DNA of 63,676 bases, filler included, from Octopus bimaculoides (taxonomy: Eukaryota): assembly GCF_001194135.2 (NCBI RefSeq). It is 4 parts of 3 records of this genome, joined end to end, with 100 filler letters (N's around TTAATTAATTAA, not from the genome) between each part and the next. Parts side by side here need not be neighbours in the genome. Positions count along the whole stretch, not along the records: positions 29,801 to 58,389 come from NC_068985.1; 3 more parts are not named here. One strand, 5' to 3'. A model generated the notes under the pieces. That model made no database searches, had not been told where the DNA came from, and was given only the letters and a program-made list of their open reading frames with translations. Below are positions 38,901 to 53,606 of the stretch, piece after piece. Numbering within the stretch: the stretch's first letter is position 1; each line of letters opens with the position of its first letter. The position numbers and the translations under genes were made by a program.

Positions 38901-40441
38901 AGTCAGAACAAATAGTGAAATGAAGGAGTGTCAAATATATCAGTTAAGACTCATGTACAGTGCACGCATAACTTTCAGTTCTGAGTAATAGAAAGCATTT
39001 ACAGCTTGAGGAGAATACAGTATTTTTGTGTATTCATGTCTGTAATGTTTGGTGAGAGAAGGCTTACCAATCACTGGATTGTATATTGTGGGTGGTGGAG
39101 ATCTGAGGTGTGTGTGTGCCTAGCAGATATGAGGTTCTGGATTTGATTCAGTTGGGCTGCATTTTGGCAAGTGTCTTATGCATTCAGGTCAAACCAAAGT
39201 TTGTCAGTGAAATTGAGTAGGCAGAATCTGTGCAAAACTCATTAAAAGGACTCTACCTGTAATTCAATGAGCCAGCCATGTTATATGCTATGTCATTGTT
39301 GATTTTTACTTGAGGTTTACATTAATGTTACAATTCAATGTGTTGGTAATTGTGTTGACAGAACAACTGGAACACTTGTAGAGGAACAAGCATTGGAGCT
39401 ATTTACATACTTTTACTTTTGTGTTATCTGATTAAAAAAAAAAAAAAAAAAAAAATNNNNNNNNNNAATCTTTTAACTCTTAACTTCCTGTACAACTGTG
39501 TATTGCACAAGACTCTGTTAGTCAGCCACTTCTGAAACATATATCACATCACAAGAATCATGCTGTGTTAACATTCATTTTGAATGAATGAGGAACTTTC
39601 TAAATTTAACAGAAAAAAAAAATACCTACACCTCTTTCTTCTATCATTCATTTCCATTCTGTAACGGAATCATTACTGCTCTGGAATTTTTACATAGAAA
39701 ATTTTCAGCATGATGATAAGAGTTAATATAGAAGCAGTAATTATGGTGAAACATTGTGGTTACACAATATTAGTCAGCTCTGTTTAGACAGACATGTATT
39801 GCAATGATTGCTGATTGGATGCTTAGGAACAACTATGAGTATCCCGTACCATGTACACGTTGATATATGATGTACATTGATGCCATCTTGAGTCAAATTT
39901 TTCTAAATGATCTGTATTTTGCCAGTGGCCATTGATATTTACTGTCAGGCTTTCACTTAAAACATTTATCCTTTTTTTATTTGCTGTTACACGATGGAAA
40001 TTATGTGACTCTTTAGAACACAGTTTTCCAATCACAGTTTCTTGGTCATGGAGAAGTCAATGGAGGGTTTAGCAAGAAGTAGCAGTATAAATATGTTAAA
40101 TATACGAAAGTGCATTTTTGAGTCATTCTTGTATTTGAATCTGCATTTGTGATTTTATTGTATATGCACAACATATTCCCAAAGGTAGGGAAAGCTTTTA
40201 TTAACAGTAAAAATGGCCACCATGAGAAAACATCTTAATAGGATATTGCAGAGGAATTTGACCTAAACAAGATTTTGGTTAAGACAAAATTTCCTAACCA
40301 TTCTTTGTGATGTCTGATGGATTTAGTGTTGTCAAACCTTGCACTGGCAATTTTATTGCTTGTTTAATCTCTTCTGAAATGAAACTTTTTCAGAGGAAGT
40401 AAAAGATTAACAAAGATACAGTGGAGTGACAGGGTCATTAA

Positions 40442-41109
40442 CCTTTTAGCATTTAAACCAGCCATATCTGTCCAAGTTATTCTATCTATTCTATGTTCAA
40501 ACTGGCCAGATCTGGCCTCTTACACCAACCCTGCAATTAAGTTAGCTTATCAAAATCTTAAAGCTACAAAATAATGCATGATTAATACAAAACAGTGGCC
40601 TCATGGAAGTAATGACAAGTGTCCAAGACCTTTGGCACTATGTCATGCTTGAGAAGACCCATGAAGCCAAATGAAATCATAATTGAGGCTGATGCTGGTG
40701 TCACATGACTGGTGGCATGTAAAAAGCACCCTTCGAACATTGGGCCTCATGGAGGCGATGATAAGTGACCAAGCCCTTTGGTGTTATGCTCTGCTTCAGA
40801 AGACCCATCAAGCCAAGCAACTGGCACACATACTGGTGGTATGTTAAAAGCATCCATTACACTCTTGGAGTGGTTGGCATTAGGAAGGGCATCCAGCCAT
40901 AGAAACCATGCCAAATCAGATTGGAACCTGGCGTAGCCCTCTAACTTATCAGTTTCAGTCAAACCATCTAGCTCATACCAACATGAAAAACAAATGCTAA
41001 ATGATGATGGTGATGAATGCGAATAAATAGTTTTGACAGAATAATTTGAATGCTAAAGAATAATGTGAATGCTAAATAGTTTTGACAGAATAATGTGAAA
41101 GCTTAAGGG
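40442..41109. mobile_element. Same piggyBac-like MITE family, with a nested (GAT)n-tailed SINE
   Basis: TTAA|CCTTTTAGCATTTAAACC ... GCTTAAGGG|TTAA, interrupted at about 40596-41015. Confidence 0.72.
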
Positions 41110-41676
41110 TTAAGGCATAAGAGAAAATGGCCTTCTGTTCAGGCTCTTTACTTTCTGATATCAAATCCTGTCGAGATAAATTTTTAAGTTGGTGCCCCGG
41201 CGTGGCCACACTTCAATGACCGAAATAATTAAACAAATAAAAGGAAATAATATTTATGTAGTAGTCCCCTGAGATGTGAAATGTATTTCAAGGGTTCCCC
41301 AAGAGCAATCAACCCCAACTGTAAACAATTTAGGAAACCCTGCTTCAGAAACTTCCTCTAGTGGTTTGCTGACTAATGACTAATGGTGAATGGTTGAGGC
41401 ACCCAAGTACTACACAACCATCTGATGATTTTACAGTTCTTGTCACTTGTTGTATCTTATATCCATTTAACTATCAGCAGCCAAGCCTTTTCAATAAGCA
41501 GGTCCTACAGACTGATTTATACAACAGCAGCAACACTAATGATATTGAATCCTAATGATTTATAGTCGATCAAGTAATCAGTTATGATAGTGGATTATCT
41601 GGATTGTTGGCAGCAATGGACTGACATTTGAGTGTCTTTAGCAGACAGTGGGAATGTACTGAATGGGACAATTCAC

Positions 41677-41709
<33 letters not shown>

Positions 41710-41817
41710 AGGGTCTGGGTTCATTCATATCCATATTCCTTCTATTATTTTTAAGCAATATGAAAATACATCTTTATATATCTTTCTGTTCCATGTGACT
41801 GCAATCAATGTTTCACC

Positions 41818-41857
<40 letters not shown>

Positions 41858-42639
41858 TTCATTCTCAGCATCACAGGCCATGCCAGCCACTCCTGTTGCT
41901 TCTACAGTACAATATGGTGATAAGGACAAGCTTCATGGACCATGCAAAGCAGAATGGGAGCTGTGCCTGGCTCCCAACTGATTTCTCTTGATGCTTGTTG
42001 CCTATTGATTGGTTTGTCAGTGTAGGTTCTTGCTGTTGCCATAGTTACCACAGTGATACAGAGCTTAGATTAGCTGCTGTTGCCATGACTACTGCTGCTG
42101 CTGCTGCTGCAGCGAGTGAATCTAGTTCAGTTCATTGATATGAAGAGTGTGGGGAGGGGGCAGGTTTCAAACTCTCATGCATGTACATGCATGCACGCAC
42201 ACATGTAAGTGGATATACTGGCATAAATAGTAGCTGTATGACTTACACATACACATATGCGTGTGGATATGTGGATATATGCTTATCTGTTTTTATAACC
42301 CTTGATTTAAACAGCAATTTCACAATGTCTAATTATCTATACTTTTATCTCTGTCATTATCTATCTAATTATCAACTTACATATCTCTCTATCCATCTCT
42401 CTCTCTCCAATATATATATAACCCATCCATTTAGTGTGTATGTTTATATATATATATATATATATATATTGATCCATTTGTGTGTATGTGAATGTATAAA
42501 TATTTATATATGTATATAGATCCATTTGTGTATCTGTGAATGTATGAACATTTATGTGTGTGTGTGTGTGTATAGATCCATGTATGTGTGTGTATTTAAC
42601 TATGTATTTATATACACACATACAGTCAGAGGAAATAGA

Positions 42640-43270
42640 AGTGCATTACACCGCACCACACCATGCTACACCTCACCAAACATCACAAACAATCTGCAAC
42701 ACCAACTCCATACACCAAAACATAGCACCATACCATACTGTACCACGCCCACCACACCACACCATACAACACCCCATGTACAAACCACCACACCTCCACT
42801 AGTGATGGTCATGAACAATCCATTGTTTGTAGTTTGGACTATTCACCAACTATTCATTGTATGTTGTTTCATAGAACCTTTAATAGTGAAAGATAACCTA
42901 GGTGGCAGAGAAGGTGGTGGCTGTGATGGTGGTGTTGGTGGTCTATAGGTGATGATGTGGATTGTAGTAGTGGTTCTGATAATCTGTGCCAATGGTTTGG
43001 TTATGGTGGTGTTGGAGATGCTGGTCATGAGATTGGTGAAGAAGATGGCAGTGATGATAGTAGTGTTGGAGATGGTGCCAGTAGTGGTAATGTTGACAGT
43101 AGTGTGTTGATGATGGTCACAGCAGTGGTATTGATACCACTTGTGATGATTGTAGTGATGTTAGTGACAGCATTGTGGTAATAGTGTTGTTTATAATGAT
43201 GGCACTGTTGTGCAGGTGGTGATTGTAATGGTATTGGTGCCAGTAGTGGTGGTGTTGGTCATGATGGTAT
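42640..43270. repeat. Low-complexity (CACCA)-like then (GGT/GAT)-like tract
   Basis: Degenerate penta- and trinucleotide repeats. Confidence 0.75.
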
Positions 43271-45099
43271 AGTGGTATTAAGCTCTTTATTGTTCTAAAT
43301 CCTATCTAACCATTCTTAATGTCACATCTGTCAATGTTAATGATTTATCTCAATTCGCCTATTTCTCTATCTCTGACAGACCATATAGTTTTTTTTTTTT
43401 GCGATATGATTGGTAGGTTGCTTTTGGAAGAAATGAATATATGGTAAAGAGATCAGATAGCCACCAGTTTATGGGTGTTATATCGGATATATAAATACAT
43501 TAAAAAAAAAAAAAGAAACATTGAATGCTTTTATGCTGTAGCTCATGCTTGGGCAATTTTTTTGAGAAGTGGACTGCATGACATATGGCTCATCATGAGT
43601 TGGACCACACTACTAAAACAAATTCAAGATAATTTTTTTATTGTCATGCCATTCAGAAAGCTTTATGGGCCACAGTTTGCTCACGACTTGTCTAGCTGAA
43701 TGGATCTCAAACTGACAAATACTAACCCTCCATGCCCACAAACATTAGTGAGGATATTTGTGTACCCATCTTTTATTTATGAGAAAACAAAATCGAATTT
43801 GTCCTGTTTTAATTTTATTAAATATAGTAATTTGTTCACCTTATTCTATCCTCATAGACCTTCCTTCTTCAGTCCTGATATAACAGACTTATGAGCAAAA
43901 ATAGCACAGCCATTATCATCGTATTTTTTTATTTAGACATTATATATCCAAGACTATTTCATCCAGTAGGTCCTTCAGTGGGTAGAATGAGATTTTAAGA
44001 AAATTTATCTGCAGCATGGCCACAGTCTAATGACTGAAACAAACAAAAGATAAAAATAAAGTGTATTTTTGAAAAACTGAGTGACCACATTTCTGACCTC
44101 TTAATTGGTTCATGATTGTGTTGATACACTACTGTCGTTGAGTAATCCCACTTGTCTGTGTTTGAGTAGATCTGTACAGATTTAGCCAATCAAATGAAAT
44201 ATTTTATTTCTGTTTCTATTCATGACCACCCTGTCAGTATTGTTATGTAATTTAAAACTTTTAAAATATGTGCTGCTAGTTGTATGAGGGAAAATTTGGC
44301 AGCTATATTTTATTGCAGGTTGAGTGACATCATGGATGTTTCTCAACTGGTTTGTTTTATGATTGTATTTGTGTTGTAGAATAGTAATTTTATATTACAT
44401 NNNNNNNNNNATATTGTATTATAGAAGTATAAAAGTTTTGTAGTATGGTTTTGGCCAACTCATGGTTATAGTGGACGACACTAATCCACTAAAACATGAC
44501 AACTGCTGCTGAAAATAAAACAAGATTACTGCATGTTCAGCATTCAAAATGGCAGGATCTTCTTAAATTCCCATTTCTAGACCATACACTTTTGATGGTG
44601 GACCTTTGTGCTTGAAATATATAAGGGTTACCCAACTTTCCATTTCATATTGTTAGAAGCTCTCTGTCTTTGTTTCTGTTATTTAGCTATATTATGAATT
44701 TATTATTTAGCTAATATGTAGATTGAAATAAAACTGCTTTAATATCTTCTATGAAATGACTTTAATCTATAAATCTCAGGTTTAATTGATGCAATTTTGC
44801 TTTAGGTGATGAAAGTGGCTAACTAATTATTTTGGTCAATTTGATTGACTGTTCATCATGATATTGAAATTGATATATGAATTGATTTTGTCATTTATCT
44901 GGTAATGTCACTACTGTCTGCTTATTAAGATGTGTACTATTTATGCAGAGTTATTTTCATGTCAATGAAATAAAATCAAATTATGGGTATTAAACAAAAT
45001 GTCTGATTAGAGTGAAGAAAATCTTGTAACAAGCTGTTTTGGAATAATTTTTTTTCATCATTCAGTTGCTTCAGAAAATCATTACTAATTTTCTTGGAA

Positions 45100-45830
45100 T
45101 GGTTCTTGGATGTACAGTACTCAGGCCCCTCCTCCTCCATAGGATCTTATCAGAGGCAATCATCTTTCTGTGGATGTTATCCAGTCATCTCATTTTTGGT
45201 CTACCTGCCAGTCTTGCTGGTTGACTAGGCATGAAGAATCCATCTTGCAATTCTTTCCTGTGATGTTCTAATATGTCCATAGTATTGGAACTGTGACCTC
45301 AATGCAGAGAAGTAGTGGCTCAATCTGGAGAGACTCCCTGATCTCCAAGGTACACACCCTCTCTAGCAATGTTACTCCAGAGAGCCTATGGATGAACCCT
45401 ATTTTGGCCACTTGTATCTACAATTGTACTCTTTTAATCATTTCCTAACGTTCATACCATAGGTAAGGTTAGGCATGGAAACCAAATTGAAGACAGTGAG
45501 TTTGGTTTTTTACCAACCTCCCCTTTTTTGAGAATTGAATGCTGAAGCTAGCACATCCAATTCTACTTCCTATCTCTCACCATCACTTGTGAATACAGCC
45601 CCAAAATACTTAAATTTTTCCACTTGTCTTAGTGATGTTCCATGAACATGCAGAATGCACTGGGAAGACTTTCTTGAGAGGACCAATGTGTCAATCTTCA
45701 TAACACTAATTCTTGTTCTTGCCTTGCAACACGTGGCAGCAAACCCACTCAGTGCATGCTGAAGATCACCATTTAAAGAGCCAAGTAGCATCATGTCAAT
45801 TGCAAATATCAGTCAACTGATTCAACACCC
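45100..45830 (-). mobile_element. Degenerate RTE-like LINE RT C-terminal fragment
   Basis: Minus strand ...DLQHALSGFAATC...ISVMKIDTLV...LRQVEKFKYFGAVFTSDG. Confidence 0.75.
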
Positions 45831-46139
45831 ACTGTGATACCATTTCTTCTGCTACTAAAACTGCAATTTTGTAAGTTTGAGCCTCATCCATGCCAAGAAC
45901 AGGATTTCTCAAAGTGGGTTTCTGAAAAAGTTCCGGGTTTCATCAAAATACAATTTCATGAAAATTTATTTTGCCATTTTGCAATTAAAGCCCTCCCCAC
46001 CTCTTCTCTCTCTCTCTGGGTAACTATATTCCTTCTCTATAGCAAGACACTTGTTTCTATCTCTCTGTCACACTCTATCCTTTCATCATCTGACACGAGG
46101 TCATCTCCTCTAATGTCCCCTCCCCTCTCAAAGGATCTT

Positions 46140-46810
46140 TGTCTTGCATGTTACTTAGTGATCCTGCTGGTGCTGGGGCCACGTAAAAAGCATCCATTTC
46201 ACACTGTGAAGTGGTTTGCATTTGGATGGGCATCCGGCTGTAAAAACCATGTCCAAACTGACCTCACTTGTGCTGGTGCCACATAAGCATTCAGTCCTCT
46301 CTGTGGGGTGGTTCATCTTAAGAAGGGCATCCAGCTGTAGAAACTGCTAAATCAGATTGGAGCCTGGTGTAGCCATCTGGTTCGCCAGTCCTCAGTCAAA
46401 TCGTCCAACCCATGCTAGCATGGAAAGCGGGCGTTAAACGATGATGATGATATATATATTNNNNNNNNNNNNNNNNNNNNNNNNNNNNNNNNNNNNNNNN
46501 NNNNNNNNNNNNNNNNNNNNNNNNNNNNNNNNNNNNNNNNNNNNNNNNNNNNNNNNNNNNNNNNNNNNNNNNNNNNNNNNNNNNNNNNNNNNNNNNNNNN
46601 NNNNNNNNNNNNNNNATATATATATTCGTGCCGGTGGCATGTAAAAGCACCCACTACACTCTTGAAGTGGTTGGCATTAGGAAGGGCATCCAGCTGTAGA
46701 AACTGCTAAATCAGATTGGAGCCTGGTGTAGCCATCTGGTTCGCCAGTCCTCAGTCAAATCGTCCAACCCATGCTAGCATGGAAAGCGGGCGTTAAACGA
46801 TGATGATGAT
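46140..46810 (+). mobile_element. Family B copies on both sides of an assembly gap
   Basis: The 3' roughly 135 bp at about 46325-46460 and 46681-46819 are identical. Confidence 0.75.
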
Positions 46811-49800
46811 ATATATATTAGCATTATTTCTCCAAAATAAGTTTTGATTCATTTAATGCCTGATTAAGGTGGAGAGGTTTCTGTAAATTATTGTTTTGTG
46901 GTCTGCAGTTTTTGGAGAATTGCATAATAGATTTTAGAACTGCTTATATAAAAGATGGAGGTTGAGCAAAGATGACTTCCTTTTAATGCACCGCATGAAA
47001 AAGAAGTAAATTTTCTGTGGGATACCAGCCACCTAAAGACCACTTGTATCTGATTGCTTTTACGAGTTTGAAGGAAGGGGAAAATATGAAGTAAATGTCC
47101 CTGAGAGAGAAGGAGAGAGACTCTATTTCAATCTCACATTGGAATATTTCAAATTAATAGACAGAAAAATAGAAGAAAAACAACTTCCACTTTATTCATA
47201 GTATTACTGATAAAATTGCATGTATACCAGTATAGGTTTCAAGATACATTTCACGGATACTCTGGGATGAATGTTCCTGGGCTCATGGAGGGGGGGGGGG
47301 TGAGGCCATGCATCATCATACTCCAGCCCCCACCTGTTGATTCAGTACATTTATTTTCATTGTGAATTACTTTCAAGAGAGACTGATACTAATTTGAAAA
47401 GTCAATTTCACCAAAGACTTTTTCTCTGTACTACACTACTTCTAAAGGAGTATCTGATGACCATTTGAAAGATAGTGAAAAATGGCTAGCTGTGGTAGGT
47501 TTGCTCATGAGTATTTGTGAAAGACAGCACAGTGGTTCTGTTCACAACAGTTAGCTCAATTTTTTTCAATCATGAATTCATTAGTGCAAGTTCTAATACA
47601 GATGTGCGATCAGTTTTCTTGCATTGTTGGTTCCAGACATACCGAATTATCCATTTTACTGGATTAGAATATGTTATATTATGATAATTTTGATTAAATT
47701 TGTAGAAGACTGCTACCATAAACCTATGCCTGTGTCTGTATAATAATTTTATATAAGATTTCCCTGAGCTGGTTAATGTATTTTCAAGGGTTCCTCAAAA
47801 GAAAAATGGTAAGGAAGTCATGTTCTAGATAAAGTTTGAAAGAGAAATCAGGATGATCATGGCTGGAATTCCTTTGTTTAGAAGTTTGTCTAGTTAGAGG
47901 TGACTTGGGACTAAATAACAAAAACAAGTTCTGAACAAGTGACCCACAAACTAGCTGCAAGCCAGCAATCTGACAACTCAATGTGTAATAGCTCTTCTTT
48001 CTCAGAAAATAATAGCAAGGAATGGTTTGATTGAATAACCAGCCATTTATATAGAATTGAGTTTGAAGAAGCCAATCATGGCAACAAGACAATTGATCTG
48101 AACCAGGACACATCTAAAACCTACATTTCACTGGCTCACAACATTTTAGATCAAACAGATAAACTGACAGATTATAAGCTGGATCATAATTTGAATTTTC
48201 TCTTCATGGTTTTCTATTTTTTGTACTTTGTTTTTCTTTTTTTTTTTTAACTAGCAGTTTATAGATTCTTCTGTTTACAATTAAATTTCATATGATCACA
48301 GAAAATGATTGTAAAAGAGATATAGATATAGATTTATTGACTTCAGACATTTATTTGATTTTGTTCATTGATTTTCTTTGTTGTTGTAGTTGTTGTTTCC
48401 ATGGGTTTTTGCTACATTTTGATTTGCGAAAAATTTATTGGATATAGAATGGAGAGAAGCTGTCTATATCTGAATTTGAATTTTATTTGAAGTTGTCTGG
48501 AAAGAAAGATTTAGGAAGAAAGCAGTCAAGTGTGTTGTTAAAACTGATAATTGAGTAATAGTAATAGTAATAGAGCATCAACTACTTGGTGCAAATAAAC
48601 CACACTCTGAACTGCACACATAGAGTTAACCCAGTCGGATAAATAAATCTTTAGGTAGATACTACCTTGGAAATGGAATCTAGTGCTCTTACAAAATTTG
48701 CAAAACTTCAGTTTCTATTATTGCTGTGTTGTAAATACATCTTTCCTCATTGAGGGTGAAGTGTAACATGTAGTAGGTTGGGGCTTTTTTGTATATTAAA
48801 AAATTTTTTTTTTTATTTAACATCTAATCAGGGACAGCAGGGAAGCATCCATGATTCCTTGTTTCTTCAGGGCCTCTGAGACAGATGGGAGAATGGAAGG
48901 AAAGTACTTTCAAACTGACGACCTGGCCCAAATGCCTGCAATATGATGGACACTGCCAGTGGTATCCAAAATAAGTTGGTAGTGTTAAACTGGGAGATAG
49001 ATTAAATCTGCTACCCAAGAACTTGGAATGCCAAGAGCTGGAATCCATACTGCAAAGCAGCATACTTGATACTCTCACAATTTTATCAATTCACTGCCCT
49101 GGACTGGTACCTTATTTTATTGCCCCCCTCCCTCCCCAAAGGGTACTGCAAAACATTTTCTCCTATGCTCTAATGGCTATCAATTTGCTGTGGTATATTA
49201 GGATTTGTGGAAGCATGTGGCTCAGTTGTTAGGATGTTGGACTACTGATTGTAAGATTGTGGTTTCAATTCCTGGACTGGGTGACAGGTAGTGTTCTTGA
49301 GCAAAGCACTTCATTTCATGTTGCTCTAGTCCACTCAGCTGGCGAAAATGAGTAATCCTACAACAGAGTGGTGTCCTGTCCTGGTGGGGAATTTATGTGC
49401 CATGGAAACCGAGAAACCAGCTCTTATAAGTTAGCATGATTCAAGAAGGTAACTGAGGTATTAGGGATTCATGGTAACAACAAGGGTGCCTGGCTGTGGA
49501 AAAAAAGCACCTCAACAAATTCCATGTGAGCATTAGAAAGTGGTTGTTAAAACAATAATGATGATGCACACATGCATACACACAATCATCATCTATATTT
49601 GGGAGGGATTGGCACAAATATGCCTAAATATAACATAGCTCTTGAAAACAAAATATAAATGGTTGGAAGACAGCCATATTACAGGGTGGTTGGAGACAGT
49701 ACCCCTGCCCTACCTCTAACACCAGCATCACCTCTTAATTGCCACATGGCCAAAAAGGTTTCACCTACCCTCAAGATAGTGTGGAAATAAAAATTAACAG

Positions 49801-52043
49801 GGTTTTGAAAATACAAGTAAAGTATGTACTCTGAACATATGTCAGTAATGTGTATTGGAGTGACAGAAGTATGTGTGTACGTGGTGGTGGTGGTGGGGGC
49901 AACCTTTAAAGCGAGTTTTCTAATGAAGCTCATCTATTTACCTCTCGAATGATCTGTAGTTTTCTTTGTGAATAATTCCCAAACATCTTAACATGTGATT
50001 TCTGATGGTTTTTAACTCAAGTGATAAGTTAATTTTGCAACATTTCCCTCTGTCATAGTAAAGTTTCGCACTGGTTCTATGTTTCTCCATCTCTGTTTGT
50101 CTCTCTCTTGTTCTATCTTACATAGGCATGCATGTCCTTCCCTCTCACTTCTCTTTCTTCATTTTTTTATGCACACGCAGACACATTTCCATATTGAGGC
50201 ATACACAATTTTGCAGGGAGTGAGAATTAAGTAGGCATTTGAGATAGATTCTTCTATTCATTGCACAATAATAATTTTGAAGGAAAAAAAAATCTTCTGA
50301 ATTAAGCTGTGTGTGTGTGTGTGTACGTATGCATGCATATGCATGCATTGACCTGTGTGTTTTATCTGTCTGTGAGGGGTATTAAGTGCATTAACGTGTG
50401 TGATACTTGTTGGTGTGTGTGTATGCATGTAATATGTGTGATATGTGTGAGAGGAATCTTTGGACAATTCCAGGAACAACGCACACATATCTTATACTAA
50501 TTCCATATAAGGTTTAACAGCTACTTGCAAGACTATAAACTTTCTCAAGCTGAAGGCATTTTAAATTTCAAACTGATTAATTCTACTTTGAGCAGACCAA
50601 ATATAGCTTCAGCCGTTTTTTTTTTAATCACAAAACCAGGTCATAGAACCAATAGCATAAATTCCCAAGGCAAACCTTTTTTTCAATCTGGCATGTCAAA
50701 GTATTAATTTCTTAAATAAACTTCTTATTGGAGAGTCACTTATATGTATACATGTATTTTATATTCAGGTAAATGCTTATAGATAAGCTTTTTATAACAT
50801 GATACTGCAGGGAGATATTTTTGTTTGTTTTTTTTTTAATCAAAATCTATTGCATGTCATTTAAAAACCTGTGGTGTATAGCAGGTTTGCAATCAATGAT
50901 TTATATAGGTGCCCTGTTAAATTTAGTGGAACTGCAGTGCCAGGAATATTCTTTTATTCTTCTTTTACTTGTTTCAGTTTTTGGGTGGTAGCTATGTTAG
51001 GACACTGCCATGAAGGATTTTAATTGATTATATTATTGACCTCTGTACTTTGTCTCCTCATCACCATCCTCCTCCTCCTCCTCCTCATCATCATCATCAT
51101 CATTATGATGTAGTGTCCACTTTCCATGCTGGCAATGGTCAGATAGCTTGACAGGAGCCAGCAAGCCAGAGGACTGCACCAAGCTCTGTCTTCTTTCATT
51201 AAATGTTTTTTTAAACAGGGAAATAATTCAGTGGGTAATTTATACCTCAGGATATTTCTGTATGAATGTACCAATTCTAATGCTTTACTGATATAAACAC
51301 ACATGCAATGTGCACGTGCATGCACACACGCACACACTCACTCTCTCCCTATGTGTAGTGCTTCATTATGTCCATAAGCTAAATGGTGTCTTAGAGTTTA
51401 TAGTGTGTTGTTACATGTTTAATACATATTTTCTCTTAGTCTACATGTAAATCAACTATCTATAGCTGTAACTTTGTCACACCTTGTATATGTGCTGCAC
51501 TTATTCACTTATGCAATCTTTTCCAGAAAAATAAATATTGAAAACCTGTATAAGCAATGTTGGTTTATCTGTTTAATTAAATGACAATACCTTGTCTGCA
51601 GGAGAAGATTTGTTATTACTCATTAGGACTCAGGAAAGCAGTTTAACTTCCATTTTACAAACAAGTCAAAGAGGAAATGTTTTACGCTTCTATAATGTGA
51701 TGGATACCTGTACTAGAATGTTCTGCTAAGACTCTACCATTTCTACTAATTAACCCTATGACAATGTTGGTGATTATAGGAATCTATTGTTAATATTCAT
51801 TGTTGTCATTATCACCATCCCCTCATTTTTACATGATAACTCACTGTATACTGATACAGTTAAGTCACATTTTTACTACTTTTATTGTGGTTACCTCTTT
51901 CACTTATAAGCAGGACAAAACAATGCAGTACCTTCTAGAAATCACCACAAATTACTTGCCTTTCCAACTATATGCTCACTTCTCCATTTATATACTCAGC
52001 TCCAGAAATGTTAAAACCTCTATCTTTTCTTTTATTTTTCCAG

Positions 52044-52167
52044 CTGTTCCTGAACCCCCTGGTAAACCAGAAATTACTGAGGTGTCATCACGCTGGTTGA
52101 AGGTTTCCTGGCCATCAGTTGTTGAGGACAACAACAGCCCTATTACACACTATCAAGTGCAGATTAA
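52044..52167 (+). CDS. Fibronectin type III domain, N-terminal half (exon of an Ig/FN3 adhesion or receptor-PTP-type gene)
   Basis: Long pyrimidine tract + CAG acceptor, GTAAGT donor at 52168. VPEPPGKPEITEVSSRWLKVSWPSVVEDNNSPITHYQVQI has the FN3 PP...W...D.NSPIT.Y signature. Phase 1 to 2. Confidence 0.9.
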
Positions 52168-52345
52168 GTAAGTTGGTAATTCTATTGTTTCTTCTTCTGC
52201 AGTATTTATCTAATACCTACCTATATAACCCATTCAATATTTTAAACTATCTAATTTCATACAGTTTATATTGTTTGGTTAAGTTGGTTGATCCCCTTGC
52301 ATGTAATATCTTCATATATTTTTTTTTTCAAGAGGAAAATTATTA

Positions 52346-53606
52346 TTGGGTCATCTCATAAATAATGCGGTTCTTTCAATTGCATGAACTAAAAGTCGGA
52401 GGGGGACGGGATAAACTACCTGCATCAACTTGCTATAAAAGTAGGTAGTGAAAGTTTTGAAGAGTGCAATTCAATTTTAAGTTATTTTTTCAAAGCTATA
52501 ATGGAAGTGACAAAGGAGCATAAGTTCAATAAAGGCAGCAACACAACAGAAAGTGTGAGGAATATTAATGCAGTATATGGAAATCGGACAATAAGTCTAA
52601 GTTAGTGTCAACGGTGGTTCCAGAGATTCCAAGCTGGAAACTACAGCCCAAAAGACGAGCCTCATCCTGGAAGATCTGTAGAGCTTGATGAGCCTTGTCC
52701 TGGAAGATCTGTAGAGCTCGACGAGGACATCCTGCAAACCCTGGTGGAACAAAATCCCATTGTGACTGTTGAGGAACTAGCAGAGAAACTTGGATTTGGT
52801 CATTGAACCATTCATTGACACCTGCATGCCATCAGAAAAGTCATCAAATTGGGTCATTGGGTTCCTCGCAAACTTTTCAAGTCTAATCACATGCAGAGAA
52901 TGAATGTGTGCTCTTCTTTGCTGGCTTGTCTCCCAAATGAACCTTTTTTGGACCAAATAGTGACTGGTGATGAGAAATGGGTTCTCTATAAAAATGTCAA
53001 GCGCCGAAGACAGTGGTTAAGGAAAAGGAGAAAAACCAATACCCCAGGCTAAAGAAGGTCTTCACCCATGTAAGGTGTTGTTATCTGTTTGGTGGGAAGT
53101 GAAAGGTTTAGTCCACTTTGAACTTTTAAACCCAAACCAAACGATAACAAAGGAGATCTACTGTGAGCAGCTTGAGTCAGCGCTTGAAAAAAAACGACCA
53201 TCTTTGGTTTCAAGATGAAAGGTGTTCTTCCATCAGGATAATGCTTGGTCACATACAGCGAGGATGACATTCCAAAGGCTGAGGAGTTTGAATGGGAAAC
53301 AATGTCCAACCTTTGTATTCGCCGGACATTGTCCCGTCTGATTATCATTTATTCTGCAGTCTTCAAAATCATTTGGACGGAAAAAATATGAATTCTGTAG
53401 ACATGGTCAGAATATTACTGGAGGCACATCTGGGACAAGTGAATTTTGGAAGAGGGGCCTTGCAAGTCTACCAGATAGATGGAAGAACATTGTAGAAAAT
53501 GAAGGAGAGTATATTTTAGATTAAAAAAGAATTTTGAAAAATAAAAGAATTATAAAAAATAAAAAAAGTATTAAGAAAAACCCGCATTATTTATGGAATG
53601 ACCCAA
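52346..53606 (+). mobile_element. Full-length but degenerate mariner transposon in the FN3 gene intron
   Basis: About 30-bp TIRs (TTGGGTCATCTCATAAATAATGCGG / CCGCATTATTTATGGAATGACCCAA), TA on both flanks, 1261 bp. Motifs WVPRKL, IVTGDEKWVLY, HQDNAWSH and YSPDIVPSDYHLF are present with stops and frameshifts. Short internal duplication at about 52665-52720. Confidence 0.93.

Noticed and set aside
46320-46820. Identical roughly 135-bp SINE tail on both sides of a gap, as a tandem duplication
   Set aside because: Perfect identity ending in the same (AT)n at a gap edge points to collapsed or duplicated contig ends.
47920-48210. Coding-looking plus-strand stretch
   Set aside because: Interrupted by stops, with no splice-compatible frame or recognisable domain.
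51602-51729. Open frame after a good acceptor (GEDLLLL...GNVLRFYNV...) as a missing Ig exon
   Set aside because: It lacks the Ig D.G.Y.C motif, has no convincing donor and ends in a stop.
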